Below, piece after piece: positions 38,239-47,972 of a DNA stretch of 64,000 nucleotides; positions within the stretch are counted from its first letter, which is position 1, and every line of letters begins with the position of its first letter. The DNA is from Arenicellales bacterium (lineage in GTDB: Bacteria; Pseudomonadota; Gammaproteobacteria; Arenicellales; JAANXG01). Both the position numbers and the translations under genes were made by a program. Below the pieces are notes generated by a model. The model did not search any database. It saw nothing but the letters and a program-made list of their open reading frames with translations, and had not been told where the DNA came from. The stretch is from positions 4,141,427-4,205,426 of the forward strand of contig OZ244194.1 in NCBI GenBank assembly GCA_965216665.1, read 5' to 3'.

Positions 38239-38721
38239 ATGTGGGAAGCAAGGAGACCTATAATGCCTGTTCTGCTTATCAGTTTGGTTATATCTCTCGG
38301 AGCCCAGGCAGTCACGAAACACGCGCAAAGTCCTTTAAATACATCGAATGATATTGTCTCAGCGGTGGAATCACTACAACAAAATAGTTTGCGGAAACTA
38401 GGTGACTTGCTATTTCACGAACGTGCATCACAAATAACCAGCGTTCTTGATGCTGATTTCGTTTCTACGCTATCTGATGACGTGGGTCATGCAATAAGCT
38501 CAACAGTGCGAGCGTCTGCTGACCAGCTACGTAAAGGAAATAGTGGTGACGAATGCAGCATGTTCGATATTAGCGTTGACCTGCAAGGAGTTAAGGACAT
38601 AATAGGCGAAATATCCGCGTGCCTCGTCAACAAGACCTGCACGTCAGAACAATGGCAGGGTATTCGGCTGCGGTATTTCCAGAACTATACCTCTCTCATC
38701 GACAGTGTTGATCAGTGTTAA
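38239..38721 (+). CDS. Candidate cognate immunity protein (secreted, 152-160 aa)
   Basis: It starts 13 nt after the RHS stop and lies in the same AT-rich patch as the toxin tail. Signal-like N-terminus MPVLLISLVISLGAQA (start 38263 possible). I recognise no family. Confidence 0.55.
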   Translation: MWEARRPIMPVLLISLVISLGAQAVTKHAQSPLNTSNDIVSAVESLQQNSLRKLGDLLFHERASQITSVLDADFVSTLSDDVGHAISSTVRASADQLRKGNSGDECSMFDISVDLQGVKDIIGEISACLVNKTCTSEQWQGIRLRYFQNYTSLIDSVDQC

Positions 38722-39078
38722 AACCACTCCACTCTGTCCCCGTAGGCGTAATTTCACCGTAGTCCGTGTATGCCCATTTGGGCAGCCACAACTTGTTGTG
38801 CAAATGTTACTTTGAACAAACACTACGGGCACCGGTGGAGGGCGGTGGCGTGTGGCTGGTGTAGAATGTTTGCCGTAAGATCTCTTGGACTATATACGCT
38901 AGACTGAAAAAAGCATTTCAGTGTCTGGATAGGATAGGCTTGTTGACTTAGCTTGTATGGTGTGTCCTTTGCGGTTGGTGATCTACATCGTCAAAACCGG
39001 ATGAACGATGTAGGCGCAGACATTGGGTTCGGGATCCGGCACAGTGGAGGTGATTGAGTTGTCGAGCAGGGAGAGTTC

Positions 39079-39495
39079 GTGGCGTTTGAAGGTGATGATG
39101 TCTGCAGCCGGTTGAGCCGGTACGGCCTTGAGCATTGGATTCCTGCGGTGTCGCAACTGCTGGAATGCGTGTCAGGGGCAGAACCGTGGTTGGATGACGA
39201 CCGGGACCAGCCGGCCGAACGGATCGGAGCAAGCCTCGAGAGAATTCGGTTGCTCGCGGAACCCGTGCGAGATGGCGCACTCTGTGAACTGATCACCCAA
39301 CTCCTGGTGTGGCATGTCGCGGTCCGGCGCGAGGGAGTCTATTGGAACCCGCTTGAGACTCGTTTCCGAGATTTTATCCAAGACGCCGACCCGTTCTCAG
39401 GTTGGATGCACTCCCAGCGATCCTGCACGGAACTCGAGGTGTATCGATGGCTAATCGCGCGGGTCGGGCCGTTGACCGACGGTAACGGACAATGA
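39079..39495 (+). CDS. Hypothetical protein (138 aa, GTG start)
   Basis: First gene of a translationally coupled four-gene set. It has an ATGA overlap with the next gene. Confidence 0.45.
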   Translation: MAFEGDDVCSRLSRYGLEHWIPAVSQLLECVSGAEPWLDDDRDQPAERIGASLERIRLLAEPVRDGALCELITQLLVWHVAVRREGVYWNPLETRFRDFIQDADPFSGWMHSQRSCTELEVYRWLIARVGPLTDGNGQ

Positions 39496-40448
39496 CCAGC
39501 CCACATATGGACATTATCGTAGTCGGGCTGATCGCGGGAATGGTCTTAGTGCTAATCACTCTCGGCATTCGGAAACAGGGAAAACAATTCCGGTCCACAC
39601 CGGTAGTCCGAGGCGACGAAAGGGAATCGGAGGTCAGTCTACAGACCCTGCCGTTGTCGCGTCTCCGCCCCTTAACCGGCTTGTCGGACTCAGGGTTTGA
39701 GGCCCTCTACGTCCCGCTCATCCGACGCGCCGAAGCGTTCCTAATGCCCATTAGTCGACACGTGACACCGACGCAAGCGGCTTCATTTGCACTTGGGGGG
39801 TTAATGGAGCGGTTGACGAAAGCCCTGACCTATCGCCGGGCCGTCACCTTCGAACCGGGACAGCCAGAGGAGACGACGCGCAAGAACTGGGACCGGTGGA
39901 CGTATGCCGTGGCCTGTGCCGTGGTGTGTCGTTATGTGTTGGGCGCAGTGCAGTCGGTGGAAGTCGCGCTCAATACAGAGCCGGAACGACGCCTCTGGAA
40001 TCCGTTGCTGGGCCCGATTGAGGAGGAAGAAGACATCGCCGACGTGATCGTGTGGCGAGCGCCCCGATGCATGCCGAGTTGGCGGAACGTGTTGATGCTT
40101 CGTCAGGTCGTGCCCCGAGACGGTCTGGCGTGGCTTTTGAACACGGGGGCGGTGTTTTCGGCACTGGCCAGCACGGTGACTCGAGTCGTTGAGGTGGCAC
40201 ATCCGTTGGCAGATTTGGTTTGTCGAGCGGAAGGCGACCAACGGGCCAACTCTGTAGGCGCGCGCAAAGAGAGCGCCGGGAGCGCACGCGCTCTCAGCGA
40301 AAGCACAGGCGCTGATCACCGACTCAGCAGTGACGAAAACAGAAAGGCAACCGCCGCCCGAGGACAGAACGCACCTCGCGCCCCCCGTCCTCGCAGGACG
40401 AAAACTGAACAGCGGACCGTAAGTGGGGTGTGGGGATCTGGAGTGTAG
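39492..40448 (+). CDS. Hypothetical membrane-anchored ICE protein with a low-complexity basic tail
   Basis: 318 aa. N-terminal TM helix MDIIVVGLIAGMVLVLITLGI. The C-terminal ~90 aa is Arg/Ala/Ser-rich. I make no firm family assignment. Confidence 0.5.
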   Translation: MTSPHMDIIVVGLIAGMVLVLITLGIRKQGKQFRSTPVVRGDERESEVSLQTLPLSRLRPLTGLSDSGFEALYVPLIRRAEAFLMPISRHVTPTQAASFALGGLMERLTKALTYRRAVTFEPGQPEETTRKNWDRWTYAVACAVVCRYVLGAVQSVEVALNTEPERRLWNPLLGPIEEEEDIADVIVWRAPRCMPSWRNVLMLRQVVPRDGLAWLLNTGAVFSALASTVTRVVEVAHPLADLVCRAEGDQRANSVGARKESAGSARALSESTGADHRLSSDENRKATAARGQNAPRAPRPRRTKTEQRTVSGVWGSGV

Positions 40449-40491
40449 AAAGTTAAGGAGGGCATCGATTGGTCAAGCAAGGAGGTCGACA

Positions 40492-41121
40492 ATGGATGGG
40501 AGGAAGCTCTTGGAAGCGCTGATTGAGGATGTCAATGAACGCCAGGCCGCAGGAATCCGGGACTGTCCGTCCCGGCAGATCCTGGAACGCATTGCGAGCC
40601 TGTCGGTGCGCGGGTTTGGCCGGTTCCTGGACACCGCACAGCGTCAGATCCGGGTCCGCTATGACTCAAAACGAATTACTATCGAGATCGACACCGACGC
40701 CTGGCGGCGGATCTTGGACAGCCATGCCGAGGAAATCCTGGTGATGGACGACGTGGACAAGCTCGTCATGTTCGGTGCGCCTCGGAGTGTCATCCGCGAC
40801 GTCACCGGTGCCCATCATATGTGTGTCACCGCCCGGCGCCGGTCGCTGGGGGTGGACGCGAAGAGCGGCAAACCCCGAGCGCTGTCGGAAGACGAGGAAG
40901 CCGCGGTGCGTGAGGTCTGGCAGAGCCTTGCTGTCCTAAATCTCGCCGATCGCCTGATCATGGCGAGCCGGATCACCGGATTGAGTATCGGCAATCTGTG
41001 GCCCCTGTTGCAGGTAGAGGAGTTGCTGGAGGGTCCCACCGGCGCAGAAGGTCGACGACCCCATAACGGCAAAGCGTATGACGGACTCAGCGAGCCCCGG
41101 CCCCAATACGGTCCAGTTTAA
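40492..41121 (+). CDS. Hypothetical ICE protein (possibly DUF2857-like)
   Basis: ATG at 40492 with GGAGG 6 nt upstream. It is ~209 aa. It sits next to a PFL_4669-like gene near the integrase, as in SPI-7/PFGI-1-type islands. The family call is recall-based and weak. Confidence 0.4.
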   Translation: MDGRKLLEALIEDVNERQAAGIRDCPSRQILERIASLSVRGFGRFLDTAQRQIRVRYDSKRITIEIDTDAWRRILDSHAEEILVMDDVDKLVMFGAPRSVIRDVTGAHHMCVTARRRSLGVDAKSGKPRALSEDEEAAVREVWQSLAVLNLADRLIMASRITGLSIGNLWPLLQVEELLEGPTGAEGRRPHNGKAYDGLSEPRPQYGPV

Positions 41122-41872
41122 CCTCGATATCCGGTTCACCACCGACGACATCAACGCCCTGTTTTTGGGCGGGATCGAGGGCAGACGGAGTCCGTATATC
41201 CCCCGCTACGGGAAGGTGGTCCAAGCTCTCCATCATCTATATACGGAGATGCGGGCCGACAATCCCTTTGCCGAGAACATCCTGATCGAGCTCGATATCC
41301 GGTTGGCGGCCCAGTTGCGCCTGGCCGAGAAACGGATCGCGCTCTGTCAGCGGGAAGCCCGTACGGCCGAGGGCGAAGAAGGGATTGTGATCCGGCCGCT
41401 CACGCGGCCCCACCCGTATGTGCACGAAAACGTGATGACCTACAACGAATACGGCCGTTATCTGTTGCGGGCATATGGACGGAGTGATCTCGCCATCCGC
41501 TGGATCCGGACGATCAACGGCGCCTCGCACCTGGAGTCCCGGTTGGCCGAGCAGTGGATCCGAGAGCTCTTGAAACGGCACCGGGGCCTGAACGCCGTGA
41601 TCCTCCACTACGCCAAACGCCTGCGGCACGTCACCCGCCGTGAGGTGATTGAGGGTAGTGAAAAAGCCCGAGCGCTCTCCGAATCACTCGGCCGGCACGT
41701 GGCCCCGGATGTCCTCAGCAAGGCCCGGCGCTGCAAGTTCTATCGGGTGAACCGGTTCGGGGCTGCGGACATGAGCGCGCCCACTGGCAGCGCCGACATC
41801 TCGAAGAATCAGAGCTTCTCCAGTATCGACGATTCCGAGCCCACTACGCAGATCCGCAGCCACCCGCATTGA
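41078..41872 (+). CDS. ICE protein, PFL_4669-family-like
   Basis: 264 aa. Segments match my recollection of the family consensus: ADNPFAENILIELD (cf. DDPYADW.L), TYNEYGRYLLRAYGRSDLAIRWI (cf. NPYGY..A.LL..YD.L.R), and HVTRREVIEGSEKARALSESLGRHVAPDVLSKARR (cf. GVTR.DV...A..A..G..P.DVL.G..RA). Confidence 0.55.
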   Translation: MTDSASPGPNTVQFNLDIRFTTDDINALFLGGIEGRRSPYIPRYGKVVQALHHLYTEMRADNPFAENILIELDIRLAAQLRLAEKRIALCQREARTAEGEEGIVIRPLTRPHPYVHENVMTYNEYGRYLLRAYGRSDLAIRWIRTINGASHLESRLAEQWIRELLKRHRGLNAVILHYAKRLRHVTRREVIEGSEKARALSESLGRHVAPDVLSKARRCKFYRVNRFGAADMSAPTGSADISKNQSFSSIDDSEPTTQIRSHPH

Positions 41873-41896
41873 TATTTTCGGATACAGGAGAACGGT

Positions 41897-41937
41897 CGCG
41901 CGTCACTGGAGACGCGCAGCGTCAGTAGTGACGCGCG
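41897..41937. repeat. 11-bp perfect inverted repeat (hairpin) just after the operon stop
   Basis: CGCGCGTCACT (41897-41907) and AGTGACGCGCG (41927-41937), with a 19-nt spacer. Confidence 0.7.
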
Positions 41938-42105
41938 CCGTAGCCATGCGGAAACTTAAGTCCGGCGCGCGTTTCCGGGGCGGGATACGAAGAAGTCCCC
42001 GTGATGACTCCGTGATGAGCAGAAGCCGCTGGACGTCTATACCGTCAAAGCGGCATGAACCGGATACCTATTGTCGAGGGGAGAGTTAGTGGTTAAAGTT
42101 TTATC

Positions 42106-42137
42106 GACGACCCGGACCCGGCCGGGTCCGGGTCGTC
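42106..42137. repeat. 32-nt perfect palindrome
   Basis: GACGACCCGGACCCGG|CCGGGTCCGGGTCGTC, with 16-nt arms and no spacer. Confidence 0.8.
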
Positions 42138-42206
42138 AAAGACCGATTTTCGAGCCGTCCGATTGTCGTCGGCGCTTCTTGAAGGGGCAAATCGGCAATC
42201 AAGAGA

Positions 42207-42257
42207 TTCCCCAGGCTGGCTGAAAGGGGACACGGGCAATTCGCCCAGCCGGATTTT
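42207..42257 (+). promoter_or_regulatory. Copy C of the conserved pseudoknot-capable element
   Basis: TCCCC(42208-12) pairs with GGGGA(42226-30). CTGGCTG(42216-22) pairs with CAGCCGG(42246-52). An ATTTTT tail follows. Both stems differ from copies A and B but remain complementary. Confidence 0.55.
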
Positions 42258-42492
42258 TGTCATTGAGTCGGTGAGCGTCTGCGCTTGCCGGCACCTCTTC
42301 ATACAGCGAGTGGGTGTTTCGCCCACTCGCCCCTCTATGCCGCGAGGTATGCGGCGTCTCCCGTAGTGGGGTTATACGAATCTCCAGATTCACTAGGCCC
42401 CGCATTTGCCATCAACCCGAATCCTGGGGGTGACCCGCCACCTCTGGACGTGGGGGTCCATCTAGATTCATCAGCTTTGCCTTAAGGAGGTG

Positions 42493-42681
42493 ATGTCTCC
42501 CGTCAATGACTGGCTGTATCAGCCTGCGGGGCGGTTCACTTGCGTTGTGGACCGCAGCCTCGTCAGGCACGTCGGTGGCTACGTGGCCGACGTTAAATCT
42601 CCGCCCAGGTTTGAAGACAGTGTTTCGTCTTCAAAGGCTGGGCCTGCCGCCGGGCAGGCCCCAGTCGCGGACTCACACTGA
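42493..42681 (+). CDS. Possible small ORF (62 aa)
   Basis: AAGGAGG lies immediately upstream, but the spacer is only 2-3 nt. The 3' part contains two stable hairpins, so coding status is doubtful. Confidence 0.3.
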   Translation: MSPVNDWLYQPAGRFTCVVDRSLVRHVGGYVADVKSPPRFEDSVSSSKAGPAAGQAPVADSH

Positions 42682-42733
42682 CCGAGTGTACGCACGTAGA
42701 GAAGACCTGTTGGAATAGGAGAATGACCAACCC

Positions 42734-43612
42734 ATGAAGCCTTTGGCGTGGGATTTACTACAGGTGCTGCGGCGCAACCGAGATGGGTCGCACGCCACCC
42801 AATATGAACGCAAGCGCATGGTGATGCAATTCGCCCACGATGTGCACCGGTTGGGATTTAAGGGGTTGCGGCTCAGGAACGTCAGCCAGAAGCATGTGCT
42901 GAAGGTCATCGAGTGCTGGCGACGGGGCGAGCACCAACCCCCGGTCAGCGACGCCACCTTGATGAATCGCCTCGCCGCCCTGCGCTGGGCCCTGGAGAAG
43001 GTCGGCAAGTCTCGGGTCTTGCCCGAGACCAACCGGGCGCTGGGTCTCGAATCCCGAAGACCGATTCCGAGTGTCTCCAAAGCCCTGACCCTGACTGAGA
43101 AAGCGCTTAACAAAGTCACCGATGCACACATCCGCCAGAGTCTCCGACTCCAGGCGGTGTTCGGGCTGCGGCGGTCCGAGGCAATGAAGATCCATCCCCA
43201 ATGGGCGGATCGAGGAGATCGACTTCTACTCAAGGCGAGTTGGACCAAGGGCGGCCGGCCGCGAGAGGTCCCGATCCGTACACAGGAACAACGCCAAGTG
43301 CTGGAGGTGGCCAAGGTGCTCGCTGGGAACGGCTCGCTAATCCCGAATCACAAGAGCTATCGGCAGCACCTCGCGACCTGGGAGTACCAGACGCGGCGTG
43401 CGGGGCTCTCCAAGACCCATGGGCTGCGCCATGCGTACGCGCAGGCCCGCTACCAAGAGCTCACCGGGCGCAAGCCGCCCATCCTGGGCGGCATGCCCTC
43501 CCAAGCTCTCACTGGCGAGCAGAAAGCCCAAGACCGAGAGGCCCGGTTGCAGATTGCCGCAGAGCTGGGGCACAGCCGGGTCAGTATCACGAATGTCTAT
43601 TTAGGCGTGTGA
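42734..43612 (+). CDS. Tyrosine recombinase (short integrase-family protein, 292 aa)
   Basis: Catalytic signature present: GLRRSEAMKI (Arg), THGLRHAYA (HxxR) and ELGHSRVSITNVYLG (His...Tyr). Confidence 0.75.
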   Translation: MKPLAWDLLQVLRRNRDGSHATQYERKRMVMQFAHDVHRLGFKGLRLRNVSQKHVLKVIECWRRGEHQPPVSDATLMNRLAALRWALEKVGKSRVLPETNRALGLESRRPIPSVSKALTLTEKALNKVTDAHIRQSLRLQAVFGLRRSEAMKIHPQWADRGDRLLLKASWTKGGRPREVPIRTQEQRQVLEVAKVLAGNGSLIPNHKSYRQHLATWEYQTRRAGLSKTHGLRHAYAQARYQELTGRKPPILGGMPSQALTGEQKAQDREARLQIAAELGHSRVSITNVYLGV

Positions 43613-43625
43613 GGCGAACAAATTC

Positions 43626-44012
43626 ATGGCGCAAGACCAACAGAAAAGTGCCGAGCGACCACACCTCGCCTCGACCCCACTACTATGGGATATCACCGAG
43701 ACAGCACGGCAGTTGGGCGGCGTTTCGACACGGACCGTGCGGCGGCTCGTCGCCAGTGGGGAGTTGCCCCAGATCAAGGTCCGCGGAGCGGTGCGAATTC
43801 CGGCGCAAGCGGTCACGAGCTGGGTCGCCCGCCAGATCGAAAACGCGGATAATACGAGCCGCGTGGGATCTGGCGTGCGTAGCAAGGAGGTAAGAGCATG
43901 CCATACAAACGCAAGAACAGTCCGTGCTGGTGGGTATCGTATACCGACCCAAGCGGGCAAAGAGTTAGACGTTCTACTGGAACCACGGACCGCAAGGAAG
44001 CGGCGGCCCTAG
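43626..44012 (+). CDS. xis: Excisionase/AlpA-type helix-turn-helix DNA-binding protein
   Basis: LWDITETARQLGGVSTRTVRRLVASGELPQIKVRGAVRIPAQAVTSWV matches the excisionase-family HTH pattern. Its 3' end overlaps the integrase start by 115 nt in another frame. Confidence 0.7.
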   Translation: MAQDQQKSAERPHLASTPLLWDITETARQLGGVSTRTVRRLVASGELPQIKVRGAVRIPAQAVTSWVARQIENADNTSRVGSGVRSKEVRACHTNARTVRAGGYRIPTQAGKELDVLLEPRTARKRRP

Positions 44013-44992
44013 AGGCCAAATGGAAACTCGAGACGTTTCGCGTTCAGCAATGGGAAGCGCAGCCGACACGAAGCTTCGAGGAGCTGATGGTTGGGTACTT
44101 GAAAGCCACGGCGAACGAGAAGCGATCGGCGAACAAGGACCGAGAGCGGACGCGGCACCTCCGTGCACATTTCGCAGGCCGAATACTCGGGGACTTATCG
44201 GCGAAAGACGTACGGGCGTACATCGCGTTTCGTAAACAAGCCGGCATTAGTTCCAGCACGATCAATCGTGAACTGGCGTTATTTTCGGCCGCGATCAATT
44301 ACGCGGTCCGCGAATGGGACTGGGAAATACCCAATGTCGTGCGAGGCAGGAAACTCAAAGAACCAGAAGGCCGCGTGCGTTGGTTGAACGAGGCAGAAGT
44401 CGAACAGTTGTTGGATGCGGCAGGACGGGAACGGAACTCATCCCACTTACCGGATTTCATCCGTTTGGCATTGCACACGGGATGTCGACGAGACGAGTTG
44501 CTGCGCCTCGAATGGGAACGGGTCGATTTCAGCAACGGCCTTATCCTGCTGGACGGTCGGCACACGAAGTCGGGAAAGCGTCGCAGTGTTCCGATCAATG
44601 CAACCGCGAGGCAAGCGTTGTTAAACAGGAAGGACTTTCGAGAAATGCATTGCCCACAAAGTCCGTGGGTATTCTGCAACCGACGAGGATGTCGTATCGC
44701 ATCAGTACGTCGAAGCTTTATGACGGCGTGTGCTCGTGCCGGAATCAAGGATTTTCGGATCCATGATTTGCGACACACTTGTGCCGCATGGCTCGTCACA
44801 CGCGGCGTTCCGTTAACGGAAGTGCGTGAGTTGTTAGGACACAGTACCGTCAGGATGACAGAGCGTTACGCGCATCTGGCACCGGAAAACGTACGCGTCG
44901 CTGTTGCACGCTTGGACGTTCGGTCACATTCTGGTCACATTGTGGAACTGGACGCCGAACGTGAGAAGCGCAAGGAGGCTGTAGGTGGTTGA
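43898..44992 (+). CDS. int: Tyrosine integrase (tRNA-targeting, P4-like)
   Basis: 364 aa. N-terminus MPYKRKNSPCWWVSYTDPSGQRVRRSTGTTDRKEA. The catalytic region has RRDELLRLEW, HDLRHTCAAWL and GHSTVRMTERYAHL. It ends 16 nt from the tRNA-Phe 3' end. Confidence 0.9.
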   Translation: MPYKRKNSPCWWVSYTDPSGQRVRRSTGTTDRKEAAALEAKWKLETFRVQQWEAQPTRSFEELMVGYLKATANEKRSANKDRERTRHLRAHFAGRILGDLSAKDVRAYIAFRKQAGISSSTINRELALFSAAINYAVREWDWEIPNVVRGRKLKEPEGRVRWLNEAEVEQLLDAAGRERNSSHLPDFIRLALHTGCRRDELLRLEWERVDFSNGLILLDGRHTKSGKRRSVPINATARQALLNRKDFREMHCPQSPWVFCNRRGCRIASVRRSFMTACARAGIKDFRIHDLRHTCAAWLVTRGVPLTEVRELLGHSTVRMTERYAHLAPENVRVAVARLDVRSHSGHIVELDAEREKRKEAVGG

Positions 44993-45008
44993 TTTTGTTC
45001 TTCATTTT

Positions 45009-45084
45009 TGGTGGCCAGGGACAGAATCGAACTGCCGACACGGGGATTTTCAGTCCCCTGCTCTACCGACTGAGCTACCTGGCC
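45009..45084 (-). tRNA. tRNA-Phe (anticodon GAA)
   Basis: The reverse complement reads GGCCAGGTAGCTCAGTCGGTAGAGCAGGGGACTGAAAATCCCCGTGTCGGCAGTTCGATTCTGTCCCTGGCCACCA. It folds as a cloverleaf with anticodon loop CTGAAAA and an encoded CCA. Confidence 0.95.
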
Positions 45085-45143
45085 ATGGAAGGGGAGCGCG
45101 GAATTAGAAAACAGCGCGTGCGGGGTGTCAAGCGCGAGCCCCG

Positions 45144-47966
<2,823 letters not shown>

Positions 47967-47972
47967 CGGCCG

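Larger units (their letters stand above)
1..45008. mobile_element. Right-hand part of an integrative conjugative element (PFGI-1/ICEclc/SPI-7 type, GI-type T4SS). The left end is outside the window. The right end abuts or overlaps the 3' end of tRNA-Phe.
   Basis: An integrase gene ends 16 nt from the 3' (CCA) end of tRNA-Phe. A full co-linear set of PFL_4693..4711-family transfer genes, traD, a virB4-like ATPase and traG is present. Cargo is mosaic with composition shifts. Housekeeping genes start immediately right of the tRNA. Confidence 0.85.

Noticed and set aside
38722-39078. Possible orphan toxin/immunity fragments or small ORFs downstream of the immunity candidate (for example ORFs 38644-38832 and 38948-39296 on the minus strand).
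   Set aside because: Translations are low-complexity, with no similarity to the RHS tail or core. Only short hairpins are seen (CTGAAA/TTTCAG, CTACATCG/CGATGTAG). It is treated as intergenic.
39492-40448. Possible MOBH (TraI_2-type) relaxase. The patterns FLMPISRHVTPTQAASFALGGLMERL and RWTYAVACAVVCRY...RLWNPLLGP loosely recall the N-terminal region of SXT/PFGI-1 TraI.
   Set aside because: It is only 318 aa and has an N-terminal TM helix. It lacks the conserved histidine-rich metal-binding motifs and any helicase-like C-terminus. The resemblance is too weak to call by eye, so it is left as hypothetical.
1-44900. A second att site: a direct repeat of the tRNA-Phe 3' end that would mark the left ICE boundary inside the window.
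   Set aside because: Scanning by eye for the GAATCGAACTGCCGAC / CAGGGACAGAATCG segments found no second copy. The only other GAATCGAAC-like hit is the unrelated tRNA-Gly at 50.6 kb.
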